In this document: one piece after another, positions 1 through 13,096 of the stretch
Position numbering within the stretch: position 1 is the first letter of the stretch
How the letters are laid out: each line of letters starts with the position of its first letter
DNA from: Octopus vulgaris
Lineage: Eukaryota
Direction: 5' to 3'
Assembly: GCA_951406725.2 (NCBI GenBank)
Contig: OX597814.1
Span: forward strand, 24,366,001-24,430,000
DNA length: 64,000 nt
Notes under the pieces: model-generated
Told to the model about the DNA's origin: nothing
The model's input: only the letters and a program-made list of their open reading frames with translations
The model's database searches: none
Made by a program: the position numbers and the translations under genes

Positions 1-326
1 AAAATTTTTTCATTATGTAGCTTAGTCTCTTTAAGTGAACATTTTTCTGGTTGAAATACACTGAGAAATGGCAACACAGCTGTCAAAAAGTCTAAAAAAT
101 AGGGATTTCATGGAAAGAAAAGCACCTTTTGATGTAAATAATTTTTGATCTTAACATGGTCTGATTTGAATTATTCTTCTACAGAATGAAGAGCAAGCCT
201 TCTTCTATCATATTCTCAATTTTGGTCAACTTGCGCCACAGGGCCTCGGAAGAGATAGTGTTAGTTGAAGGCTACCAAACCTGCCATTCACACACACACA
301 AACAACTTCAGCTTTATATGTATAGA
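1..326 (-). mobile_element. Putative non-autonomous Helitron-like element, 5' terminus (runs off the window start)
   Basis: The minus strand begins A|TCTATACATATAAAGCTGAAG followed by a (GT)n tract, a typical TC-start Helitron-type end. The 3' end is not in the window. Confidence 0.4.
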
Positions 327-573
327 TTACTGTAAAAGTATTTTGTGAGAAAAACTACAAGTTAAATGGTAACTATGAGATTAGAAGTCAAAGGTCATGA
401 TGTCAAGCCATAGGAAATTCTTTTAAATATTATGTATGTGAAGATACTTACCTTAACTTTTCTATACTAGCATGAGTTAATATATATGATGATATTTTTG
501 AAAATAAAAATATTTTACAAATTTGAAACTATCTTTAATCCATGTAAAACTTTTTAAAAATAATTATATTCAT

Positions 574-875
574 AGACACAGGAGTGGTTGTGTGGTAAGT
601 AGCTTGCTTACCAACCACATGCTTCTGGGTTCAGTCCTACTACATGGCAACTATGTTTGTGTGTCGGCATTTGTCCCCCCCCCCCATCATCGCTTGACAA
701 CTGATGCTGGTGTGTTTATGTCTCCGTAACTTAGTGCCTCGGCAAAAGAGACCGATAGAATAAGTACTAGGCTTACAGAGAGTAAGTTCTGGAGTCAATT
801 TGTTCGACTAAAGGTGGTGCTACAGCATGGCTACAGTCAAATTACTGAAACTAATAAAAGAGTAAAAGAGTAAAA
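574..875 (+). mobile_element. tRNA-derived SINE family A (CORE-like), internally deleted
   Basis: A-box GTGTGGTAAG, B-box GGTTCAGTCC and an (AGTAAAAG)n tail. Matches the copies at 25279, 35258 and 36985 but lacks the middle segment. Confidence 0.9.
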
Positions 876-2269
876 ATTCTCTTTAACACATTTTACTTAT
901 AAGGCACTGAAAGTAATCTGCTTTCACTCTTCATCTTAATGCTCAACACCCATTACACATTTTATGCATGTATCATAATTTACCATTTTTACAGAAAGAA
1001 TTCTTAAATGCTAATCTTAATTCATATGTATAAAAAGGTAATAAGAGAATTCTTGCAAGAATATCCCTGAGCCAAATCTTAGGAAATTTACTTTCTCTTT
1101 AACTTAATCTACTTGATGTACCCTCATAGCTACTCTGTTTTTTCAATAATATATTTGCCATTTGTAATATCAGAAGAACTGATTAAACTTTTTGTATTCT
1201 TCATTGTTTAGAGCACAATCTTTCATTGGTAGCATTGGCTCTTCAGAATTTCACTTCACCAAAAGAGTTTACCAGTATAAATAAATTTATAAAAACATTG
1301 CATCATTTCTGACCATTTTCATCGATATAATTATCATCTTCATTTTAATTGATACAGTCATCATTGCAACATTTGCGTTTCTCCATATGAATATCCCTTT
1401 ACCATTATCTGTTCTCATATCATGTCAATTGACATTGACACACTATTGTTCTTTTAAGTTCTACAGTTACTGCTTCTATAATGGGAACACTAACCATTCA
1501 CAAGAAGTTAATTTCTATTACAAGTAAAATGAAACTGTCACTACTGATATGACCATTGACAGGATAATGACAAAAATTGCTAACATTGAAAAGCTAATGC
1601 TGATAGCAAATTTCTTATTGCTTTATGTGGGTTCTGAATGCAACACTGTGATTACAACATGGACCATTGTAGGTGTTCTGAAATGCTGGAACAAATTAAA
1701 GCTAATATCATTTCTTAGGTACAAAATAAATATCTGATTATCTTGTTAATAAACTAATGAAACTTAATATATAAGTAAATAAATTAGATTTTACATTCTG
1801 TTTCGAAAGAGAAATTGTACAGAATTACCTAACAAACAGCACATTAAGATACAGGAATATATTTATGGAACCTAACTGGGAAATTATGTAATTAACTTTT
1901 TATTTACTCATGAGTTCACTATCTGTCTTCATAGTTTATTACAGAAATTATATCTTGAAAGTGTCTAGTCATAAAATTTGTAGTAATTTGTCATTATTTT
2001 AATATCATAGTGTTTTTATTTCTAATAAAATAATTCATAGTTTCAGTTTTTAGTTAATTGACTAATACATTACAGTTACAATAATAGTAATACAATATTT
2101 TCAGAGATTAGGAAATAAATTTCATTTGCAATACTAGTTCTAAATCAAAAGGTACTATGATAAATAATTATGCTTGAAGGAATATTTCTTAGATTACCGA
2201 TTAAAAATTGAAATATTTCAAAATATCAAAACTTAATTTTCATATTTTTATTATTGCTATTTTATTATA

Positions 2270-2470
2270 GCAGTGAATGGCAGAAACAGTAATATGATGG
2301 ACAAAATACTTTTTATATTATGAGTTCAAATTCTACAGGAAGGAGAATGTTGACTTGGCTTTTCACTTCCTGACTGTTGATAAAATAAAATGCAGTATAG
2401 CATTAGAACTGATTTAATTAACTACTCTCATCCTCTTCTAATTTTGGGACTTGTGAGACTGTTAGAAATC
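2270..2470 (+). mobile_element. SINE family B, degraded
   Basis: tggcagaa...gagttcaaattc...gacttggctttcac...gataaaataa, similar to the copies at 12510 and 32168. Confidence 0.6.
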
Positions 2471-3599
2471 CTCATTATTATCACTATCATCATCATCATT
2501 ATGTAAGTCGACAAATTTTAGGGGCTTTATCTAAAAGAATCACAAATGATAGAAAACTCTTATCATAGAAAACATTGACTCATTGCTAAGGAATTACTTG
2601 CTAAATGGTAATGATCAGTTCTGAGGTTAGAGTTCAGCTCTGACCAAGCCGAGGGGGCTTAATACTGAAAATGTATTAAAGATTTAGGGGATAAGTATAT
2701 ATTTAGTAGGCTTAAGAAAGGGTGACAGAAAAGTATTGCATAACATTAAGTACTTTAGATTACAAATAATGTGTGCAAAAATAATCAATTTTAATTTTGT
2801 AAACATGGGTTCAAAATCGAATATTTTAAATTGCATCATAACTGAGAGATTATTTAAAATTTCCTAGTTGAGCCTTAAGTTAGCTCTGATTGACCAGGTC
2901 CATGATGAAATGCATTAGCACCATGATCAACTATGACTACATTGTAGAATATGTCATCCATATTTTTCAGATGGTTGGATGTAATTTGGAAAGACTTAGC
3001 TGCTATTTCTAGAATATGGTTCATTGACTACCTACTGGTTTCTTTATTGGCTTAAGCAATAACATAGAGGCTACTTTGATCTGTTACAATCCTAATAGAA
3101 CCAACTGAGAATGGTGAGAAAAGCAATTAAACATAACTAGTGGGAATGCTCCAGGTTTTTCATTGCAAGTATTGAAAGTAGCCATTTGTGTATACTGCTA
3201 CACTAGTGATTCATTTGGCTTATCACATTATTGGTGAGCTTTGTTTAACATTGGATTAGCTTTGATCTAGCAGCACTATTATCAAAATGTAAAAGCCATA
3301 ACTAATCAATCCTTTATTTGAACACAGCATATCTAAAACTATATGTCCTTCCTTTTTAAGAGAGTAGGCTGTGATTTGAGGAAACTTTGGCTTCTGTTTA
3401 TAGTATGGCAGGTGAGCTTGCAAAAGTTTCTTCAGTTTATCATATCATTCTGGATGCTGTTTTCCTAATTTATTTTTGAAACAACATTGCTAATTATAGC
3501 ACAGTCAAGAATGTGCAATAGAAGATTCCTTCAGGGGTCTCTTGTTAAGGGCTCGTGTAATTTTATTTAGTCAGTCAGAAGAAGGAAAAACACTCATGA

Positions 3600-4860
3600 C
3601 CCCCTTCTAGGCTAGTGAGATGAAAAAGGATGTTAAACTGGAACTCTTGTAGACCCATGGGATCAGAAAAAATGTAAATTGGAAAGAAACATCAGAAGTT
3701 CATCATAATAGAGATAATAAAAGGAATTTAAGCAAGTGTGTTAAGTGGGATTGGCTAGAGAAGTATACAACTTGATTGTTCAAACTTCAGTGACCAGTAA
3801 AGGACTGATAAAAGTGATAGAGAGAAACTATATCTGTAAGTTAGGGATTGTAGCATATTTCTGGGTGAATCATTTGCAATCAGCCATATGATTTTAGTTT
3901 TAGATGTGACCTAGGATGTCTGTATGTTTGGTTGAACGTACAATCAGATAGAGATTGACATAAGATAGTATTAGATTTTGCTACGAAGCGGAACTAAAGA
4001 CGTTATATTTTGAGTGAGAGATATCCAAGACATTATCGATGAGTAAGTAATTCTACACTTATGTACCTAGTGTCAGGCAAATAATGAGAAAACTTAAGTA
4101 TGAATGGCTTATGACAGCAGTTCAGATATTACAGGAAGGTGCTATAGTAAAAGTTAAAATGAACTTTTATTGTTTTATTTGCTTCAGTAATTTGACTGCG
4201 GCCATGTTGGAGCAACGCCTTTAGTCCAGCAAATCGACCCCTGGGACTTATTCTTTGTAAGCCTAGTTCTTATTCTCTTGGTCTCTTTTGCCGAACCGCT
4301 AAGTTACTAGGTTGTCAAGCATTGGTTATCAAGCAATGTTAGTGGGGACAAACACACACGTGCACACACACATATACAACGGACTTCTTTCAGTTTCAGT
4401 CTACCAAATCCACTCACAAGGCTTTGGTCAGTCCGAGGCTATAGTAGAAGATACTTGCCCAAGGTGCCACGCAGTGGGACTGAACCCGGAACCATGTAGT
4501 TGCTAAGCAAGCTACTTACCACGCAGCCATGAATACAATGTAGAATTTAATACATTGTTAGGTTTCCAGAGGAGCACTGTTTTTAACTTATCTCTCTGGT
4601 CTTGATATATTTGCATAGAAACAAACTCTAGAAAAGCTTGCAAGGTCAGTATAAATCAAAAAATTTAAAGGTCAATGGGGAAGACTAAACTATAAGTAAC
4701 AGAAGTATGTATAGAAGCTAAGTAACATTCGAGAAAAGATCTTGTCCACTTAATAGGAAATGACATAATTCAATGGAAAGAACAAATAATAGTTTACAAA
4801 AGTATAATTGCAACTCTTGCAGACTTTGGAGAAGTAACCATTTAAAGTGCAGGTGATACA
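3600..4860 (-). mobile_element. Possible heavily decayed CR1/Jockey-like LINE remnant, interrupted by a SINE
   Basis: Scattered minus-strand peptide fragments (W-TRSFL; LQSLTYR..SLSL) resemble RT/thumb motifs. Many stops. Confidence 0.3.
4166..4530 (-). mobile_element. SINE family A
   Basis: Near full-length reverse-complement match to the family A sequence. Confidence 0.92.
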
Positions 4861-5159
4861 TCTGTGGTGACTATCATACACTCAATTTTCTTCTATCAAT
4901 TTAATGTCTTTTTTATATATTATATTTTTTATTATTATTTATATAGTTGTTATTATTAGGGTATATATTCTACTATACTAATGTCCATGCAAAATCCTGT
5001 GGCAGAGTACCTTTGATTTAACACTATTCCTATTTATTGGATGATATGTGAACTTTCTGAGAACACTATCGCTTAGTGGTCATAAAAGTGATTTTTAATT
5101 CTATTATTATTATTATTATTATTATTATTATCATTATTATTATCATCATAATCACAACA

Positions 5160-5270
5160 GATTAGACTGTTGGAAAATAAAAAGTCCTAACATCAGGTTA
5201 CAAGTAACCTTAGATGCCCAGAATCCTCTTAAGTATCCAAGCTGTCCCTAATAACACTGTTTTCTGGAGT
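5160..5270 (-). mobile_element. R4/Dong-like non-LTR retrotransposon, extreme 3' fragment
   Basis: Minus strand translates LQKTVLLGTAWILKRILGI*, homologous to the C-terminus at 46202 (VQKIVLTGTSHVLRRAL). Flanked on both sides by (TTA)n. Confidence 0.75.
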
Positions 5271-5309
5271 ATTATTATTATTATCATCATCATCATCATT
5301 ATTATGATT

Positions 5310-5520
5310 ATTTCCTCCGCCTAAGTAAAGGTGGGGGTATTGCTTTCAGTCATATGTATTTGTTTGTTTGTCCATGGACAAGATATCTCAAGAACTGCTG
5401 GATGGATTCAGATGAAACTTTCAGGAACGTTTGGCCTTGCAACAAGCACAAACTGATTAGATTCGGGGATCAATCCGGTAATGGACAAGGATTCTGGATT
5501 ATTTGTTATATTTACTTCCC
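5310..5520 (+). mobile_element. Helentron-associated (HINE/DINE-1-like) element, 5' part
   Basis: TT-CCTCCGCC..GGTGGGGG short subterminal hairpin, a (GTTT)n microsatellite, then a gatatctcaagaactgctggatggattcagatgaaacttt core typical of such elements. Confidence 0.55.
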
Positions 5521-8500
5521 TTTACATGAAGTATTACGACCTTAAGTTCACTTTCAAGTCTTTCTCTGTTCATCTCCCTTGAAAGCACACTCATGCATTC
5601 CACGTAAGTTGTGGCAGCGTTGCTGTTTCCAAAGTCTTATTTTCGTTTCTCTATTATTAATTTTATTCGCGTCTCTACCTTAGTAGAATGAACCTTACAG
5701 AGAGAGCATTGGATTAAAGATTTTTCAAATATTTACATCCCTCTTATGTTTCAATATGACTTGATCTCTGATTATCATCTGTTGTCTAATTCCTAACAGT
5801 ATGTACATATCCAAGAATAAGACACCTGATTACAACTAGAGATTGAACCAATTAAAACAATGTGTAAATATCAAAAATGAATCTTCGTATCTCATGATGA
5901 GGTTAAGAACTTTAAAAATTACAATTTTCATCTGCAACAACTCATCTCAGGCATTTTGATGTCAAAAATATTATAAGAAATATTGCATTTATTAGCTTAA
6001 ATATAGTAAGTTTTATCTAATCATCATTAAAATTTCTAACATCATATTTAGACTTTTGTGTGTTTAATTTAGTAAATGGGAGCAAACTAAAATTAAAATG
6101 TGAGTAAAACTTAACAAGAGTTTGCAATTTAATAATCATGAAGTTTTTGGGAAATAGAGAATGCTGAAAAGAAATTTAGAAGCTAAATATTCTTATAAGA
6201 ATTTTAAATGCTGTTACTGTGACTACAGATAATTTCATTCAGGAAAATATCAGAACCAAAGAAAAACTATGGCTATTGGCATTGCATTCATTGAAAACTT
6301 GCAATAGTTTTTTGAAAATTAATATGTTACAAGACTAGATCAAAACAAATTTACAATTACTTTCTTTTGACTAAAAAACATTAAGATTTATTTTTGTATT
6401 GAATTTTTCTGTAGAAAGATTTTGGTCACAATATTGTTACCAAGTAAAAAATAAATGCTGTTATTCATGATCACTTGAAGTGAACATATAGCATCAATGT
6501 TTGTGTATGTAGTTGTTTATGGTTGACTGATGTTGGTTTCTGAGAAACCTTTCTAAAGAATAAATAAAAGCACAAAGCAATCCCGTGGATGTAGTTTGTC
6601 TAATTTTAGCTTGGCTAGATAAATGATCTATCAGATTCTATGAAAATATTCATCACTTATTGCCATTACATCTATTGGAATATGAATTTTATTATCAAAT
6701 AAACTGCAATTTCATTGCCAAGTGAAATGTAAATGTTTTAAATTGTTTAAATCACTAAATGTACCTCACCTTACACGTATCCCTTGATGTATCTCTTTAG
6801 TTCTTTCTTCCCCTACTTTCTATTGTCTTGCATAGAGATTTGGCTTGCCACTAGAATTATTCCTCATTCAGATATATATCTAGATTATTCCCTCATCTAG
6901 GTTAGTCTTGTTACTAGGTTTTCACCATTATCATCCACAATGCAAAAGCCAGAGATAAGAACTTTTGATTTAGAAAAGAATTAAAAATTTGTGTAAATGT
7001 ATCTGTTTTCATCAATAGTTTTAGACTGAGTTTTCTCTTATTTCTTGATTATTCCATCACCAATTTCAACATCCATATAAGCATCATTATAGTTTTGAAA
7101 AGAATTGCTCAGTTGTTCAATGATGTTTATTAGATATCAGATCCTAATCTACATTACTGTTGGATGGAAGCCATTGATACACTATTTTGAGAGTAAAAAG
7201 GAAATGCAGTGATTTATAAACCCTATAACATTATTCAGGAAATAGAAACTGTTTATTACAGAGAAAAGTATATACAAGACATGAAAACAATATCATCTGA
7301 TTTACTAAGAAATTTTTTTTTCTTTTGAGAATACTTCTCGCAGATATCACAACTATTGAAATTATGAGATAAGTAAAGCATTGTGAGAATATATAGTCAA
7401 TGGATTAACTGAAATGCTGCTCTGTTATTTCAGATATTATCCATTCCTAACTTCTACAGAAAGCTGATATCATTATGTGTTAGTATTATTTTAATGATAA
7501 AATGGGCATTTTCATGAATTATAATCAATGTTAATAAGTTACAAGTACATAAAGCTTCCATATTATGGTCACTCTAGTTCATGCATAAAAGTTGTTACAT
7601 TGTTTTTTGCTTTCATATTTATCCCAAAAAAATAATAATAAATAAAAACGTTTCTCATTTTATATAATATCAGCTAACAATAGAATTGTGTTTTGTGTTA
7701 TGGAATTACGTGTTATGTCAAAGTTTTCAGAATTCAATATTTTTATAGCACTGAAATTTACCAAACTCAGGATATATTAAACTAAACATTTTTATCCTTT
7801 TTGTTAAACTCAGAAGTGGTTAACAATTTATCACGTTATACCCTAACATTACACTATCTATACTTTTACAGAACGTAATACCACAGGAGAGAGATTTGAT
7901 GAAATCTCTAAAATATTTATTAAAGCTAAGTACTTTCATTGCAGGGTATCTATAGTTTTCAAGCAGAATAGTATATCCCAAATAGATTATGTAAATCTTT
8001 AATACTCTAATTCCAAATAGGAAGCTATGATAACAGTTAATACTTTCCAGTATGTCTGCAGAATGTTTAAATGAGATTTTATTATAATCAATTAGTATTC
8101 AATAAAAATGCAAATATATTAGTCTCAGGGAAAAAAGATGAATGTGATAGAATTATACGAAATTATAAAAAATAATAAAATATAATCCTTAGATGATAAA
8201 CACTGGAAAATAAATTGTTTGCTTAAAATATCACGGATATATTTTAAAAACAATGTTAAAAATGTCAAAAGCCATTTTGTGATTTTGTTTTTTAAAAAAT
8301 ATTGCGAAGTATGTTTTATATTTTCATAATTAAATTGAGAAATATCTAAATTAGCTGCCTTTGATGATTGGTGGCGTTTTTTTTTTTTTTGATATGTGGT
8401 CAGTCTGTAGATGCAGAATGGCCAAATGGTTAGTAAGCTTGCTTTACTATTATGTAGTCCTGAGTTTGGTTTCACAGTGTAGTATTCTATAGCTACAGGT

Positions 8501-8821
8501 CAGCCTATGCCTTGCCAATGAAATTGGGTATACAGAGACTAAGTGGGAGTCTGTCAGATAAACTGTACTCATAGCTCTTTAACTAGCTTCAGTCATTTAA
8601 CTTTGGCCATGGTAAAGCATCACTAACAAAGATTTTAGTCAATTATATGGACTCCAGTACATTGGTACTTATTTTATCATATTCACTGATATTGTGACAT
8701 AATACAGAGTACATTTAACAAATTATTTTATGGAGTTAAAACGCTCTCATCTCTCTCATTCTCACTCTCTCTATATATATATATGTATGTATGTATGTGT
8801 GTGTGTGTCCATGTATGTATC

Positions 8822-8995
8822 TCGGTAGCCACTACACACATTTTTTTTCTCTCCTTATTTCTTTCTGTGTTCCTTTCTGTGGGAGAGTGTAGGCTCGAAA
8901 TGTAAAAGACTTTTTCAATTCCCGAGCGTTATACTAATACATCTGTTTGTTTTGTACACCACCTGTCTTCATCTTTTGTTTTTTCGTAAATTCTC
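8822..8995 (+). mobile_element. Microsatellite-embedded short repeat family P2 (probable Penelope-like pseudo-LTR) with a hammerhead-like motif
   Basis: Homologous to 44017-44165, 54380-54552 and partially to 9763-9830. Contains the GAGt-gtag-GCTC-GAAA-tg-TA motif. Confidence 0.7.
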
Positions 8996-9306
8996 TCTCT
9001 CTCTCTCTCTCCACACACACATATATATACACACACACACATATATATACACACACACATATATATACACACACACATATATATACACACACACATATAT
9101 ATACACACACACATATATATACACACACACATATATATACACACACACATATATACACACACACATATATACACACACACATATATATACACACACATAT
9201 ATATACACACACACATATATATACACACACACATATATATACACACACACATATATATACACACACACATATATATATACACACACATATATATACACAC
9301 ACACAC

Positions 9307-9385
<79 letters not shown>

Positions 9386-9432
9386 CACACACACATATAT
9401 ATACACACACACACACACATATATACATATAT
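8992..9432. repeat. Compound microsatellite (CT)n + [(CA)4-5(TA)4]n + (CA)n
   Basis: Direct reading; the higher-order unit is about 18 bp (CACACACACATATATATA). Confidence 0.98.
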
Positions 9433-9489
9433 GTTCTTATTTTATGTTCATTGTGGACATAAAATAAGAACAATAATAAACAAGTAAAT

Positions 9490-9713
9490 TTTGAGTGCAG
9501 TATACCTCTGGAAACAGCAGTGAGATTGTGTATTTTGCCCTTATAAGATGGGTAAAAAGTTGTCAGTGGGCTGCGTAACTCAGTGGTAGAGTACTCAGCC
9601 AGTATCTGAGTGTGGGGTTTGATCCTGTAACTGTCTGCTGGAAACTTTTTCTCACCTTATAAGGGTAAATTGCTCAATTTTTCTGCTGTTTTCACAGCTA
9701 GACTGCATTCAAA
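9490..9713 (+). mobile_element. Fold-back/MITE-like element with ~78-bp imperfect inverted repeats around a tRNA-like core
   Basis: 9490-9567 is the reverse complement of 9635-9713. The core has A-box TAACTCAGTGGTAGAG, stem-loop CTCAG-ccagtat-CTGAG and B-box-like GGTTTGATCC. Confidence 0.75.
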
Positions 9714-9874
9714 TATATATACACATATACATATATATATAAATATATATGTATATGTATGTGTTAAACTAATACACCTGTTTGTTGTTTACACACATGT
9801 CTTCGTCTTTTGTTTTTTGTAAATTCCAACTATATATATATATATATACACACACACCCATCTATATATATATA

Positions 9875-9930
9875 TCATCATCGTCGTTTAACGTCCGTTC
9901 TCCATGCTGGACGTTAAACGATGATATGAT
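9875..9930. mobile_element. Two RTE 3' termini joined in inverted orientation
   Basis: TCGTTTAACGTCC (9884-9896) pairs with GGACGTTAAACGA (9909-9921). Both resemble the RTE terminus at 57712-57735, with (GAT)n tails facing outward. Confidence 0.8.
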
Positions 9931-9956
9931 ATATATATATATATGATGTGTGTGTG

Positions 9957-10002
<46 letters not shown>

Positions 10003-10338
10003 CACACAAGAAAGTAAAGTTCAAATCGACCTCATATATATGTATGTGTATATATATACGTGTGTGTGTGTGTATATGAGAGAGAGAGGGAGTTAGTTTT
10101 TTTTTTTCCCTTGACAGTGAGGGTTGTCACTATCATGCAAGAGTGGTGTCCTTTGTTTTAAGTCTTCATTACCTTATATGGAAACAGGTGAAGGTTGGTG
10201 ATGTGAAGGGCATCCATCTCTAGAAACAATAATCTTCCCGAACAAATACTGCCTGACCTATGTTAGCATAGGAAAGTGGGCATTAAACAATGATGATGAT
10301 AATGATACACTTACACATATACATACATTTGTCTACAT

Positions 10339-10384
<46 letters not shown>

Positions 10385-10390
10385 GCACAT

Positions 10391-10540
10391 ATATATAAAA
10401 AAAATTTCAGAATGAGATAAAAATCCGGGGCTGTGAAAGATTTTTGAACATTTATAAATGTCTTACGGCTATTTATAAATGTTCTAAAATCTTTCACAGC
10501 TTTGGATTTTTATCTCATTCTGAAATTTTTTTTATATATA
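10391..10540. repeat. Long inverted repeat (~69-bp arms, 11-nt loop)
   Basis: ATATATAAAAAAAATTTCAGAATGAGATAAAAATCC...TTTATAAAT is mirrored at 10471-10540 with few mismatches. Confidence 0.92.
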
Positions 10541-10687
10541 CACATGCTGATATATGACCTACGTTGGACTCCTCATTCGCATAATCACAGAACCTGGAGC
10601 TTAACTATAGTCTGTCCATAGCACTTAATCAGCATTACTTGATACCTTTGGGTCTTATTGACACCATTACCTCTCACAACCTATATG

Positions 10688-10735
<48 letters not shown>

Positions 10736-12239
10736 TGCATGCAATAGGATTTCATGTAGTTTCTGTGAATGAATACCATTCACAAGGTATTGAATGGCTT
10801 GAGGAAACATGCTAGTCTGAGATGGTGGTAAGGGACTGAACCTAAGACCATGTGATTGCAGTGGTGTTCCAGCATGATGCAGCTGCATGGTTGAAAGGAA
10901 TAAAAGAATAAATGAATACAACCATACTCTGCTTTTGTAACTACATAATTAGTACTACCCAAATGCTAAAGGTAATTTAATCTACTAATCCCCTCCTACT
11001 ACATTATTAGCATTGTGCTTAACATTAGAATCTATTTCTCTGGTAGTTTTTTTTACTTATTTCAGCTTAACAATCTTGCATAGTTTAAACTATATTTTAA
11101 ATTGTATTTTATTCCTTTTTTCAAAATTCTATTTATATAGTTCAATTGTTACCAGTACATTTGGTTTAAATTAATACAGTGTTGTTTAACATGCTGGAAA
11201 TCACTATAATCTGTGGATTAATAAATTGTGGTTTAATGCTAACTATTACTAACGATATGATATATTGCAAAACTCCAAGTAATACTTTTACTCAGTGATT
11301 CACCTCCATTGTGAACCTGGGTCTAAATTCTTTTGTTAAGCATTATATCTTTAAAAGCCAGTCACTTCAGTTGAAATAACTAATATAATAAGTAACAGTA
11401 ATTCATGCAGAATATCTTCTGAAGCTCATTGGCTGCTGCGATATCACCCCCACCTCCTTCTCTTAGTGAGAGAAATCAACAAGTTCAATGAGCCAATCAG
11501 TCAATTGGATGTGTAAGGGTACAATAAAATCTGCATGGAAACTTCTGCTTCACTACAAACACAAGATGCAAAGCCAATGATCTGATTAGATTGAATCTCC
11601 TCATACAGTTTCGGTGTCCTTCCATCGGATGATTAGTTAGGAGTAGCTGCTAAAATAACATAAGCTGTTTTCTGATTTTTCTTCATGGTTTACTGGCTAC
11701 AGTCACACATGGACTGAGATGAATGTTTATCTGTAAATCACCTTATCATTAATAGGTGAAGTCTAACAAAAGAGAAAGAAATGAAAGAAGAAAAAAAAAA
11801 AAAAAAAGCTATTAATGAGTGATGTTGGCAATTTCTTTTGATTTATTGTTTTTAGTATTGGTTTGGTGTGGCAAGGTGAATGCTAGTGGTGGAGAGTAAT
11901 GCATTGTCTATGTATTAAAACTGATATAAAGATAACTCATAATAAGTAGCAGAGGAAGCAGATTTATTTCTACTGTTGTGGTGGTTGTTTTGAGATATTA
12001 TTTCATCTCTAGTAGGTTTTTCTCTTTTGCTACTGGTTTACTACTTATCTTACTGTTGTGCCTACATACAATGTAATAGTATAAAATAGATAATGTCTGA
12101 TGTGCACAGAACAAGTCTAGTGGCTATGGAATATGCCTGAAAAATAAAGCAAATATAAAGAGTGAATGTCTGATAAAAAAAAAATGAAATACAGTATAAT
12201 ACAGTATGAAATATAATATAAATTAATAATTGTTTCTAG

Positions 12240-12455
12240 TTTTTGACACAAGGCCAACAATGTCCAGCAGAGAGGTTATTTGATTTCATCCATCCCATTA
12301 CTTGAATGGTGCTGTATTTTATTGTTATTTTTGCCCCGCAAAAAATGAAAGGTGAAGTTGTCATCAGAGGGATTTGAACTCCGAATGTAAAGAGGCAAAA
12401 GAAATGCTGCTAAGTATTTTAACCAGTGTGCTAACAATTCTGTCAGCTTGCCACC
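12240..12455 (-). mobile_element. SINE family B, degraded
   Basis: Reverse-complement match (atgaaaggtgaagttg...gatttgaactc...ttctgtcagcttgcc). Confidence 0.7.
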
Positions 12456-12509
12456 TTCATAATAGGAACAACAACAACAATACTACCACTAGTAATATGT
12501 AAATATATA

Positions 12510-12912
12510 GGCATGCTGGAAGAAATGTTAGCACACCGGACGAACTGCTTAGGGGTATTTCGTCCGCCACTGCGTTCTGAGTTCAAATTCCACTGAGGTC
12601 GACTTTTGCCTTTCGGGATCGATAAATTAAGTACCAGTTATGCACTGGGGTCGATGGAATCAACTTAATCCGTTTGTCTGTCCTTGTTTGTCCCCTCTGT
12701 GTTTAGCCCCTTTTGGGTAGTAAAGAAATAGGTATTTCGTCTGTCTTTACATTCTGAGTTCAAATTCCTCCAAGGTCAACTTTGCCTGACATCTTTTTGA
12801 GTCGATTGAATAAGTACCAGTAATGCACTGGGGTCGATGTAATTGACTTAATCCCTTTGCCTGTCCTTGTTTGTCCCCTCTGTTTAACCCCTTGTTGGTA
12901 ATAAAGAAATAA
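12510..12912 (+). mobile_element. SINE family B (tRNA head, Nin-like domain), two head-to-tail copies
   Basis: GAGTTCAAATTCC B-box and gtcgactttgcc...gtcgataaattaagtaccag domain. The unit repeats at 12731-12912. Confidence 0.9.
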
Positions 12913-12919
12913 ATATATA

Positions 12920-13092
12920 GGCATGTAAAAGCACCCATTACACTCTCGGAGTGGTTGGCATTAGGAAAGACATCCATCCATAGAAAACCATACCAAATCA
13001 GACTGGATCCTGGTGCAGCTTTCCAGAGTGTGAGCCCAGTCAAACCTTACAACCCATGCCATCATGAACAACAAACGTTAAATGATGATATA
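12920..13092 (+). mobile_element. RTE LINE 3' UTR fragment
   Basis: Matches 57560-57735 (gagtggttggcattaggaa...catcca...acgttaaatgatgat). Confidence 0.85.
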
Positions 13093-13096
13093 TATA

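Noticed and set aside
1205-1250. CUGAAGA...GAAA on the minus strand; similar hits at about 52300 and 62300
   Set aside because: Stems I and II cannot form, or GAAA is missing; chance matches.
8929-9473. Long ORFs of 149-179 aa (CVYI/HTHI repeats); similar ones at 18.1, 21.0, 22.1 and 62.5-63.4 kb
   Set aside because: Translations of stop-free dinucleotide microsatellites.
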